From contig DATJPK010000166.1 of the NCBI GenBank assembly GCA_035506435.1, positions 1-48,347 of the forward strand: a stretch of 48,347 bases of DNA, read 5' to 3'. Shown here piece by piece: positions 36,107 to 44,205 of this stretch. The notes beneath the pieces are model-generated. The model was given only the letters and a program-made list of their open reading frames with translations, was not told where the DNA came from and ran no database searches. Position numbers and translations under genes: made by a program. Position 1 is the stretch's first letter. The number at the start of each line of letters is the position of its first letter. Source of the stretch: Methanomicrobiales archaeon. Lineage in GTDB: Archaea; Halobacteriota; Methanomicrobia; Methanomicrobiales; JACTUA01.

Positions 36107-36123
36107 CTTTATTTATATATTTG
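36107..36123 (-). promoter_or_regulatory. TATA-like element upstream of the orphan membrane-protein gene
   Basis: Minus-strand reading CAAATATATAAATAAAG, ~40-50 nt upstream of the ATG at 36070. Confidence 0.4.
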
Positions 36124-36334
36124 CAAGGCGGAGTATGGTGGCATATACGGAAACAAAACAAAGGCACTGTCCAGCCTTCCCGTTGATCAGCCCTCCGGGC
36201 GCGGGAGCTCTCACCAGGGCCTTCCCGGTACCGGATGCTTTCCTTTCATGGAATAAACCCCAACCCGGTTTTCCCACCGTCGACGGCGGACAGGGAAAGG
36301 CTAAAGGCTCCAGAGAGAATATTCATGGGATGCT

Positions 36335-36405
36335 GCATCGATGATCTAGAGGCATGATATTGGCCTTCCAAGCCAATAGCCCGGGTTCGAATCCCGGTCG
36401 ATGCA
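36335..36405 (+). tRNA. tRNA-Gly (anticodon UCC)
   Basis: Hand-folded cloverleaf. Acceptor GCATCGA/TCGATGC, anticodon stem TTGGC/GCCAA, loop CT-TCC-AA, 4-nt variable region, T arm CCGGG-TTCGAAT-CCCGG, discriminator A. 71 nt, no encoded CCA. Confidence 0.85.
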
Positions 36406-36407
36406 TG

Positions 36408-36481
36408 GGGCTCGTGGTCTAGTCGGCTATGACGTCGCTTTCACACGGCGAAGATCCTGAGTTCGAATCTCAGCGGGCCCA
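36408..36481 (+). tRNA. tRNA-Val (anticodon CAC)
   Basis: Acceptor GGGCTCG/CGGGCCC (one G-U pair), D loop AGTCGGCTA, anticodon stem TCGCT/GGCGA, loop TT-CAC-AC, T arm CTGAG-TTCGAAT-CTCAG, discriminator A. 74 nt. Starts 2 nt after tRNA-Gly. Confidence 0.9.
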
Positions 36482-36662
36482 TTCGGTTCAGGGGGACGAC
36501 GGCTGTTCCCGGCTCATGGAATGAGATAGCCGTGGCAGAACCGTCCTGTGCACGAGGTGTTTCGTGACCGGTTTTCCTGACGAAGGTTTTCACATGGACA
36601 GGCGAACCGCTGGAGACTGCCCCTGAACTCCCGGGTCTTCACGGCTCACCCTTTGTAACCGG

Positions 36663-37664
36663 ATGCAAGCCTTATCAACAGGGAGGACGCAGCGGCTCCC
36701 GGAAGTGGTAAAAATGCAGCACATGGACGAGGACCTCCTGGTCGCCATCATCGAGAAGGCAAGCCCCAGCGTCGTGAACATCAACACGGTCATGCTGGTC
36801 CACGATGCGTACATGAATGTCGTGCCACTCCAGGGCGTGGGTTCGGGCATTGTCATCGACCCGAAGGGGTACATCCTGACGAACCACCACATCGCGGGTG
36901 CGGCCCAGGGCATGATGGTGAGCATGTTCGATGGCACGCGGCTCGAGGGGAAGCCCGTTGGAACCGACCCGACAACCGACGTCGCGGTGATCAAGGTTGA
37001 CCCGGGGGCACACACGCTCCCGGTCGCGAAGCTCGGGGACTCGGACAATATCCGGGTCGGGCAGACGGCCATCGCGATCGGGAACCCCTTCGGGTTCATG
37101 CTCCACGGCCCGACGGTGACCGTGGGCGTGATCAGCGCCCTCAACCGGACCATCCAGGCCGAGGGGGGTGTCTTCGAGAACCTGATCCAGACCGATGCCC
37201 ATATCAACCCCGGGAACAGCGGAGGTCCCCTTCTCGACGGTGAAGGGAGGGTCGTGGGCATGAACTCGGCGAGCATCCCCTTCGCCCAGGGCATCGGGTT
37301 CTCCATCCCCGTCAACCTCGCCATGCGCATCGCGAAGGAACTCATGGAGCACGGCAGGGTGGTTCGTCCCTGGCTCGGGATCTTCGGGGTGGGGGTAACG
37401 AAGGAGCTTGCTGAATACTATCACCTCGGGGCAACGGAGGGGATCCTCATCACCCGGAGCTTCGAGGACGGTCCTGCGGGGCAGCAGGGGATCACCGCCG
37501 GTGACATCATCCTCACCGTCGACGGGAAAAAGGTCCCCGACATGACGGCCCTCTCGAACATCCTCATCGACAGGAAAATCGGGGACGTCATCACCCTCGT
37601 CGTCATGCGGGAAAACCGCAAGGCGGAAGCCAGGGTGAAGCTTGTGGAGACCCCGACCGGGTGA
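36663..37664 (+). CDS. HtrA/DegP-family serine protease with PDZ domain
   Basis: Catalytic triad contexts LTNHHIAG, DVAVIKV, NPGNSGGPL. PDZ region GILITRSFEDGPAGQQGITAGDIILTVDGKKV. Start is ATG 36663 or ATG 36714. Confidence 0.9.
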   Translation: MQALSTGRTQRLPEVVKMQHMDEDLLVAIIEKASPSVVNINTVMLVHDAYMNVVPLQGVGSGIVIDPKGYILTNHHIAGAAQGMMVSMFDGTRLEGKPVGTDPTTDVAVIKVDPGAHTLPVAKLGDSDNIRVGQTAIAIGNPFGFMLHGPTVTVGVISALNRTIQAEGGVFENLIQTDAHINPGNSGGPLLDGEGRVVGMNSASIPFAQGIGFSIPVNLAMRIAKELMEHGRVVRPWLGIFGVGVTKELAEYYHLGATEGILITRSFEDGPAGQQGITAGDIILTVDGKKVPDMTALSNILIDRKIGDVITLVVMRENRKAEARVKLVETPTG

Positions 37665-37739
37665 TGCACCCTGCCGCCGGTCGCGGGATCCAGGCTGGAT
37701 CGCCGGTCGGCACCTCCCCGGAGACACACCGGTGGAAAG

Positions 37740-38300
37740 ATGCCTGGCCTGAACGGTACGAAGTTTACGGCGATCCAGACTGCCTTCGGACCGGTGGGAA
37801 TCGCCTGGACCGGACCAGGATCCGGGCATCCGGTACAGAGAATTATTCTCCCCGGAAATCGCGGGGCGGACATCCCGGTGAACCCTCGTTTTTTCGCCCG
37901 GGAGCCGGCAGATCCCCGGCTCCGGGCACTGGCGGAGGGGATCAGGCGGTTTCTCGAGGGTCGTGATGTGCGGTTCGAGCTCGGGGTTCTTGACCTGGAG
38001 CAATGCCCACCCTTCCAGCAAAAGGTGCTCCTCGCCGAGGCCGGCATCCCCCGGGGGTACGTGAGCACCTACGGGAGGATCGCCGGGTACATCGGCCACC
38101 CGGGTGCCGGGCGGGCGGTTGGGAACGCCCTTGCCCGGAACCCGTTCCCCATCGTCATCCCCTGCCACCGTGCCGTCCGGTCAGACGGAAAGCCCGGCGG
38201 GTTCCAGGAAGGGCCCGACATGAAGCGGAGGCTGCTCGAAATGGAGGGGGTCGGGTTTTTCGACGACGGCCGGGTCGCGATGGACCGGGTGTGGTACTGA
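37740..38300 (+). CDS. ogt: methylated-DNA--protein-cysteine methyltransferase
   Basis: Active-site IPCHRAV preceded by GRAVGNALARNP. Confidence 0.9.
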   Translation: MPGLNGTKFTAIQTAFGPVGIAWTGPGSGHPVQRIILPGNRGADIPVNPRFFAREPADPRLRALAEGIRRFLEGRDVRFELGVLDLEQCPPFQQKVLLAEAGIPRGYVSTYGRIAGYIGHPGAGRAVGNALARNPFPIVIPCHRAVRSDGKPGGFQEGPDMKRRLLEMEGVGFFDDGRVAMDRVWY

Positions 38301-38443
38301 GGCCTCTCCGGACTTCTGCATTCTTATAACAATCCCGCAAACCGGCCGATGGCCGCCGCCACGGGAAAACGGCCGGCAATCCGGGGTCGTGGTTTCAACC
38401 GGACGAACCGGAAAGGAGGGATGCAAAGGATGATATGGAGGAT

Positions 38444-39490
38444 TCAGGCTCTCCTCTTCAAGACAATGACCAGGAACGAAAAGCCGGTCAGGAAGAGCAC
38501 CGGCAGGATCGCCGTCGGGAATTCGGGGACGCACGGGGTATTCTGGCAGACGGGGGAGAACGCCTCTACCCTCGCATTCCCGGAATCAACGACATATATG
38601 GCACCGTTATCGCTGATAACGAAATCCGTGGGGTCCTGGAACTGGCCGTCTCCCGTTCCCACCGATCCCCACTGGGTCACGTAGTGCCCGTCAGGCGTGA
38701 ATTCCTGGACCCTGTGGTTGAAGGTATCGGCGACAAAGACGTTGCCATACACGTCCACGTCGATACCCGCCGGATAGGCGAACTGCCCGTCACCGGACCC
38801 GTACGATCCCCACTGCCTTACATACACGCCGGTCGAGGTGAATTCCTGGATGCGGTGGTTGTTACCATCTGCGACATAGACATCGCCGCTCCCGTCGATC
38901 GCCACATCCGTCGGATAGGAGAACTGCCCGTCACCGCTCCCTTCCGATCCCCACTCTCTCACGAAGGCTCCGGTCGATGTAAATTCCTGGATGCGGTGGT
39001 TGTAGGAGTCCGCGACATAGACGTTCCCGCTCCCGTCAAGTTCAATGCCGATCGGGTAGTGGAACTGGCCGGTGCCGGATCCGGCGGATCCCCAAGCCCT
39101 CACGAAAACGTCAGTCGGGGTGAATTCCTCTACCCGGTTGTTGTAGGTATCGGTGACATACACGGTGCCGCTCCCATCCACGACGACGCCGCTGGGCCGC
39201 ACGAACTGCCCGTCAAGAGCCCCGCTGGTTCCCCATTCCCTCACGAATCCACCAAACGGTGTGAATACCTGGATGCGGTCATTCCCCTGGTCCGCGACAT
39301 AGACGTTCCCGCTCCCGTCCAGGGCGATGCACCACGGCATGCTGAACTGCATTGCGCCTGACCCATAGGTTCCCCACTGCCCGGAATACACGAATGAACC
39401 GGCAACTGCACCGGCTGGCACCAGGCAAAGAAGCAGGCACACGAAGATCAAAGTTCCCCGGTTCGAGCCCCCCGTTATTCCTCTCTCCAT
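38444..39490 (-). CDS. secreted six-bladed NHL-repeat protein with a PEF-CTERM archaeal sorting signal
   Basis: N-terminal signal-like LIFVCLLLCLVPAGAVA. Six ~47-aa NHL repeats (GQF.yP.gi.vDgSGNVYVAD..NHRIQEFT..G.fVR.WGS.GSG.). C-terminal VPEFPTAILPVLFLTGFSFLVIVLKRRA. Confidence 0.85.
   Translation of the reverse strand: MERGITGGSNRGTLIFVCLLLCLVPAGAVAGSFVYSGQWGTYGSGAMQFSMPWCIALDGSGNVYVADQGNDRIQVFTPFGGFVREWGTSGALDGQFVRPSGVVVDGSGTVYVTDTYNNRVEEFTPTDVFVRAWGSAGSGTGQFHYPIGIELDGSGNVYVADSYNHRIQEFTSTGAFVREWGSEGSGDGQFSYPTDVAIDGSGDVYVADGNNHRIQEFTSTGVYVRQWGSYGSGDGQFAYPAGIDVDVYGNVFVADTFNHRVQEFTPDGHYVTQWGSVGTGDGQFQDPTDFVISDNGAIYVVDSGNARVEAFSPVCQNTPCVPEFPTAILPVLFLTGFSFLVIVLKRRA
38552..39394 (-). repeat. 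six coding repeats of ~141 bp (NHL blades)
   Basis: Periodicity is obvious at protein level; the DNA copies have diverged. Confidence 0.8.
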
Positions 39491-39765
39491 CGCTCCTTCA
39501 CCCCTACCCGTATCACCCGGCCCTCGGTCTCCGGGTGGACCTGGTGGTTATTCAGCAACCTATGCACCATTATATAAAACTATCCTCTATTCTCGAAAAG
39601 GAGAAACTGGTCGCGACCCGCGGGAGGAATGGATCGACGGGAAAAACGCGGATATCTGCGTGATCGCAATCCCTGACACGACAATTCACCGGATCCTGCC
39701 TGGGGGATTGGACATCCCTGTCCATCCAGGAAGAACCCGAATGTTTTTTTCGTTCCCGGGAAGAT

Positions 39766-40158
39766 GTGCCGGAGATGCAGTGTATCCAGTGCGGGTGGTG
39801 CTGCCGGCAGTACCGGGGCTATCACTGGGCAAAGGCCGCGGACCTGCTCAGGTGGCACGCGGAAGGCCGGCGGGATATCCTCAGGTACATCGCTGCAGGG
39901 AGGAACACGGACGGGTCATGCCGGACCGCCGCAGACCTCGGGCCAGCCCTGCTCGCAACGATGGAACCCGCTACCGGCTGGACCGACCCGGTATCCGGTG
40001 AGAAAATGGAAACCTGCCCGTTTCTCGTCGATGCACGGGACGGGCGGTTCCTGTGCGCCATCCACCCGACGAAACCGGCCGTCTGCCGGGATACGAATAC
40101 CTGGGAGTGGGGGATCGGGAGATACGGCCCGTGGGCCTGCCCGGCCTCGCCGCCGTGA
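39766..40158 (+). CDS. YkgJ-family (UPF0153) cysteine-cluster protein
   Basis: CIQCGWCC...CPFL...CAIHPTKPAVC pattern. Start is GTG 39766 or ATG 39775. Confidence 0.75.
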   Translation: MPEMQCIQCGWCCRQYRGYHWAKAADLLRWHAEGRRDILRYIAAGRNTDGSCRTAADLGPALLATMEPATGWTDPVSGEKMETCPFLVDARDGRFLCAIHPTKPAVCRDTNTWEWGIGRYGPWACPASPP

Positions 40159-40179
40159 CCCGGCCCTGTCCTGTCTTTT

Positions 40180-40626
40180 TCAGCCCTTTCCCGCCATCTT
40201 CCGGGCGGTTTCGAGGAGCACCCGGTTCGACGCCAGCAGCTCCTCGATGTCGCCACGGTCATAGACGCAGAGGCAGTCGTTCCCCTTTGCGACCTCCCGG
40301 CCGTACTCGAAGTCCTCGAGGACCGAGGCAGGGAAGACCTTCTTCTTCACGTAGAACTCCTCCATGGCGTACTTCAGGCAGTCGACCCCTTTCGCCTCGT
40401 ACCCTTTCATGAAGAGGAGGGCCCGGAAGGCGTGCAGCATGGACCGGTGTGACTGTTTCACCGCCCACTTGTCATTGTCGGCCTTGAAGGAATTCCCGGC
40501 CAGTTCCAGGTCGTTTTCGCCCTCCCGCAGTTCCGTCTCGATCATCGCCGGGTCCTTCGGGACCTTCCCGAGGTTCCCCGACTTCGTGCAGCCATCGAAT
40601 CTCCGTGCCACCTGTACCACCGTCAT
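40180..40626 (-). CDS. HEPN-domain-like protein (COG1895-type), stand-alone
   Basis: DLELAGNSF...KWAVKQSHRSMLHAFRALLFMKGYEAKG...LKYAMEEFYVKKKVFP resembles the HEPN helix pair. An alternative ATG at 40545 (MIETEL...) would remove a poorly coding-looking N-terminus. Confidence 0.55.
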   Translation of the reverse strand: MTVVQVARRFDGCTKSGNLGKVPKDPAMIETELREGENDLELAGNSFKADNDKWAVKQSHRSMLHAFRALLFMKGYEAKGVDCLKYAMEEFYVKKKVFPASVLEDFEYGREVAKGNDCLCVYDRGDIEELLASNRVLLETARKMAGKG

Positions 40627-40749
40627 GACGCCCCCGGCGACTGTCCCGGGGGCTCTCTGTTGGCAGCTGATGGCCCGATCCCCATATTAACCTGCTGGCT
40701 GTTCCCGGAAAATGAGGGGTGATGCGGGTGACCTCTCACCGTTTGCCAC

Positions 40750-43206
40750 ATGACGATGGGTTCTTATAGGGCCCGGGGGCTCCTCTTTCCAGGAAAGACA
40801 GGTGCTGCCATGGTCGATGTTCTGCCAGTTACCCGGTACCGGAACACGTATGACCCGAAGGGGCGGGAATGCCAGCCGACGGACACCGTCGAGCCACTCA
40901 GGGAGATCATCGGGCAGGAGCGGGCGCTCCGGGCCCTGACCTTCGGGCTCGAGATCCCCGAGAAGGGGTTCAACATCTATGTCTCGGGTATCCCCGGGAC
41001 GGGGAGGAAAACGGCGGTCATGGACTTCCTCGCGGTCCTTGCGAAGGGGAAACCCCGGGCCGACGACTGGGTATACGTGAACGACTTCGCGAAGCAATCC
41101 GAGCCGAGGGCGATCCGGCTCCCGGCCGGGAAGGGCGCCGAGTTCCGGGAGGAGATGGCCGGCTTCATCGCCGAGGTGAGGAAATCGCTCCCGAAGGCCT
41201 TCGAGAGCGAGGAATATGCCACCCGGCGGGAGGCCGCGGTGAAGGCCATCGACCAGGAGAAGGCGAAGCTCTTCGCCCAGATCCAGGCGAGCGCCCAGGA
41301 GCAGGGCTTTGTCATCCAGATGAGCCCCGCCGGCCTCGTGACCATCCCGGTGGTGGACGGGAAGCCCCTCCCCGAGGAGGAGTTCGTCGCCCTGCCCGAC
41401 GAGGCGAAGGCCGATATCCAGCGCCGGATGGAGAAGCTCAACTCCGACCTGCGGAACGCCTTCCGGCAGGTGAGGGACCTCGACACGAAGGGGACCGAGG
41501 CGGTGGACCAGCTGAACCGGGAGGTCTCGCTCTTTGCCATCGGCCACCTCATCTCGGATATCAGGGAAAAGTACAAGGACCTCCCGCAGGTCCTGAAGTA
41601 CATCGAGGCGGTCCAGAACGACATCCTCGAGAACCTCGAGCAGTTCCTCGGGGTGCCCCAGCAGCCCCAGGTCCCGCCCCAGCTCCAGCCGTTCCTGCGG
41701 GAGCTCCCCTTCAAGAAGTACGAGGTGAACGCCATCGTCGATAACTCGAAGGACGGCGGGGCGCCGGTCATCTTCGAGCAGAACCCGACCTACCAGAACC
41801 TCTTCGGGAGGGTGGAAAAGGAGGTCCAGTTCGGGATCGTGTCCACCGACTTCACCATGATCCGCCCGGGCTCAGTACACCGGGCGAACGGGGGGTACAT
41901 GATCATCCCCGTCGAGGACCTGCTCAGGAATCCCTTTGCATGGGACGGGATCAAGGCGGCACTCAAGACGGGGGAGGTGGCAATCGAGGAGCCCGGGGAG
42001 CGGCTCGGGTTCATCACCACCCGGGGGCTGAAGCCCCAGCCCATCCCCCTCGCCCTCAAGCTCGTGCTGATCGGAACCCCCCAGCTCAACCAGCTCCTCT
42101 ACAGCCTCGACCCCGACTTCCAGGACCTGTTCAAGGTGAAGGCCGACTTCGACGTGGTCATGGACAGGAACGACGAGAACTCCGTGAAGTACGCCGCCTT
42201 CATCTGCACCCTCTGCAAAAAGTTCAACCTGAAGCACCTCGACGGGTCGGCGGTGGCAAAGATCATCGAGTACGGCTCCCGGCTCGCCGATGACCAGGCC
42301 AAGCTCTCGACCCGGTTCGCGATGGTTGCCGACATCATCAGGGAGGCCTCCTTCTATGCCACCCGGGACAACGCAAAGTACACGACGGCCGACCATGTCA
42401 GGAAGGCCATCGGGGAAAAGATCTACCGGTCGAACCTGGTCCAGCAGAAGATCGACGAGTTCATCGGGCGGAACATCTTCCTCATCGATACCGAGGGGGC
42501 GAAGGTCGGGCAGGTGAACGGCCTCTCGGTGATGGGCCTCGGGGACTTCGCCTTCGGCATCCCCTCCCGGGTCACCGCGAGCATCGGCGTCGGCCGGGAC
42601 GGGGTGGTGGACATCGAGCGGGAGGCGGCCATGGGAGGGCCGACCCACACGAAGGGGGTGCTCATCCTCGGCGGGTACCTCGCCGGGAAGTTCTCGCAGG
42701 ACAAGCCGCTTTCCCTCTCCGCGCGCCTCGTCTTCGAGCAGAGCTATGGCGGGGTGGACGGCGACAGTGCCTCGTCGACGGAGCTCTACGCCATCCTCTC
42801 GGCCCTCTCGGGTCTCCCCATCCGGCAGACCCTCGCCGTGACGGGCTCGGTGAACCAGAAGGGCGAGGTGCAGGCCATCGGCGGTGTAAACGAGAAGCTC
42901 GAGGGGTTCTTCGAGGTCTGCAAGGCAAAGGGCCTGACCGGGGAACAGGGGGCGATGATCCCGGCGAGCAACGTGGAGAACCTCATGCTCAAGGAAGAGA
43001 TGGTCGAGGCGGCAAAGGCCGGGAAGTTCAGGATCTATGCCGTGAAGAGCATCGATGAGGGGATCGAGGTCCTCACCGGCGTGCCTGCCGGCGAGCGGAG
43101 GAAGGACGGGACGTTCAAGGAGGGCACGGTGAACTATCTCGTCGATAAGCGCCTGCGCGAGATGGCAGACAAGCTGAGGGAGTACCAGCTGCCGGCCGGC
43201 AGATGA
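40750..43206 (+). CDS. Lon-like protease of the LonC/COG1067 type (AAA-like domain with a long helical insertion plus an S16 Ser-Lys protease domain)
   Basis: IIGQERALRALTFGLEI...FNIYVSGIPGTGRKT non-canonical P-loop. ~120-aa coiled-coil-like insertion. Protease domain with DGDSASS (Ser) and NQKGEVQAIGGVNEKLEGFF (Lys). Start is 40750 or the ATG at 40810. Confidence 0.85.
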   Translation: MTMGSYRARGLLFPGKTGAAMVDVLPVTRYRNTYDPKGRECQPTDTVEPLREIIGQERALRALTFGLEIPEKGFNIYVSGIPGTGRKTAVMDFLAVLAKGKPRADDWVYVNDFAKQSEPRAIRLPAGKGAEFREEMAGFIAEVRKSLPKAFESEEYATRREAAVKAIDQEKAKLFAQIQASAQEQGFVIQMSPAGLVTIPVVDGKPLPEEEFVALPDEAKADIQRRMEKLNSDLRNAFRQVRDLDTKGTEAVDQLNREVSLFAIGHLISDIREKYKDLPQVLKYIEAVQNDILENLEQFLGVPQQPQVPPQLQPFLRELPFKKYEVNAIVDNSKDGGAPVIFEQNPTYQNLFGRVEKEVQFGIVSTDFTMIRPGSVHRANGGYMIIPVEDLLRNPFAWDGIKAALKTGEVAIEEPGERLGFITTRGLKPQPIPLALKLVLIGTPQLNQLLYSLDPDFQDLFKVKADFDVVMDRNDENSVKYAAFICTLCKKFNLKHLDGSAVAKIIEYGSRLADDQAKLSTRFAMVADIIREASFYATRDNAKYTTADHVRKAIGEKIYRSNLVQQKIDEFIGRNIFLIDTEGAKVGQVNGLSVMGLGDFAFGIPSRVTASIGVGRDGVVDIEREAAMGGPTHTKGVLILGGYLAGKFSQDKPLSLSARLVFEQSYGGVDGDSASSTELYAILSALSGLPIRQTLAVTGSVNQKGEVQAIGGVNEKLEGFFEVCKAKGLTGEQGAMIPASNVENLMLKEEMVEAAKAGKFRIYAVKSIDEGIEVLTGVPAGERRKDGTFKEGTVNYLVDKRLREMADKLREYQLPAGR

Positions 43207-43634
43207 CCCACCGCCCGCGGATCACCGAAGAGTCGGTGTTCACCCGCTGGATGGGCCTCGAGATCGCGAAAATCAACGACGGGATCGTTGCAGAGCGGAA
43301 GCCCCTCGCCGCCCTGCTCACCGAAGAAAGCCCCCGGGCGAGGACGAGGGGCGGCGGTGAGTACCATTTCGACCCGAAGGTGCTCGCGGCACTCGGGGAA
43401 CGGCTCCCCGCGGACCTCTCTGCTTCGCTGAAACTCCCCATCCTCTTTGTCTTTGACATGGACGTGCCGGACAGCTGCTACCTCACAGACGGGACCGCGG
43501 TCCTCGCGCTGCAGGCGCTCGGGGACCTCGGGGCGGGAAGGCGGCTCTCCGGCGGTAAGGTCTGGGTCTCACGGGCCATCGCCTTTGCCATCAACCGGAA
43601 GTACCCGGCCTTTGTCCAGTTCCTTATGAGCTGA
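43203..43634 (+). CDS. UPF0216 (DUF61) family archaeal protein
   Basis: ATGA overlap with the Lon-like stop. WMGLEIAKINDGIVAERKPLAALLTEESPRARTRGGGEYHFDPKVLAALGERLP...LKLPILF matches my recollection of the UPF0216 pattern. Confidence 0.65.
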   Translation: MTHRPRITEESVFTRWMGLEIAKINDGIVAERKPLAALLTEESPRARTRGGGEYHFDPKVLAALGERLPADLSASLKLPILFVFDMDVPDSCYLTDGTAVLALQALGDLGAGRRLSGGKVWVSRAIAFAINRKYPAFVQFLMS

Positions 43635-43721
43635 CGGGTTCGGACTGGCCGGGGGCCGGGGAAACGGCCCCTCCGGTGGGAGGAAATACCATGAAAACCG
43701 AACGAAGAAAAATGGTGAGAT

Positions 43722-43937
43722 TCAGGCGTTCTTCATCTTGGCCTTTGCCACGAAGCCTGCCTTGTCGATGTAGTAGAGGTACCCCATCTCCTTGGCAACA
43801 CGCTCTGATCCGACCTTCTTCTTCCTGCCACCCGGGTTGTTCTTCATGGGGGCGGCCCAGACGTAGCCGTCCTTGCCCAGGTAATACAGGTAGCCCTTCT
43901 CGCGCTTAATCTTTTCAGAACCAACTTTCTGTCCCAT
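43722..43937 (-). CDS. small basic protein (71 aa) made of two ~29-aa internal repeats; family not recognised
   Basis: KVGSEKIKREKGYLYYLGKDGYVWAAPMK and KVGSERVAKEMGYLYYIDKAGFVAKAKMK, joined by NNPGGRKK. GAGGAG lies 6-11 nt upstream of the ATG. Confidence 0.7.
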   Translation of the reverse strand: MGQKVGSEKIKREKGYLYYLGKDGYVWAAPMKNNPGGRKKKVGSERVAKEMGYLYYIDKAGFVAKAKMKNA

Positions 43938-43990
43938 TTTTACTCCTCAATTGTAATTTTAGGTTTGTATAACTGAATTAACGATTCGAA

Positions 43991-44001
43991 GGTTTAAATA
44001 C
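43991..44001 (-). promoter_or_regulatory. TATA-like element for the small basic protein gene
   Basis: Minus-strand GTATTTAAACC, ~58 nt upstream of the ATG at 43937, inside an AT-rich 90-bp stretch. Confidence 0.45.
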
Positions 44002-44205
44002 TTTACGGACGTTTATGCCTGTTATTAAGGAAACGAACTACGTAAAGGGGCGGGCAGGGAGGGCTTCCGAAGGATCGCTTCTTTCCGATTCATGAACCGG
44101 CGCCGTACAGCCTTTCCATTACCTTTCCGAGCCATGGACAATGGCATTTTCCTCATCGGGCCGAATATCCTTTTTTCCGACGTAGCCTCCCCGGGAGGTG
44201 GATTT

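Noticed and set aside
35574-36344. 256-aa plus-strand ORF antisense to the orphan membrane-protein gene and running into tRNA-Gly.
   Set aside because: It overlaps a tRNA. Its Ser/Leu/Pro-rich translation has no motifs, and it has no promoter or SD. The minus-strand ORF has clear TM helices, an SD and a TATA box.
36335-36481. The tRNA-Gly/tRNA-Val pair as the attachment site of an integrated element.
   Set aside because: There is no integrase or recombinase ORF nearby. By eye I found no second copy of either tRNA 3' half elsewhere in the window. The lower-GC segment lies on the 5' side of the tRNAs. A proper repeat search is still advisable.
38552-39394. Regular ~141-bp periodicity, and the 53-bp duplication at 636-741, considered as possible CRISPR-like arrays.
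   Set aside because: The 141-bp periodicity is the NHL-blade repeat inside a continuous ORF. The 53-bp feature has only two units with a 6-bp spacer. No cas genes are present.
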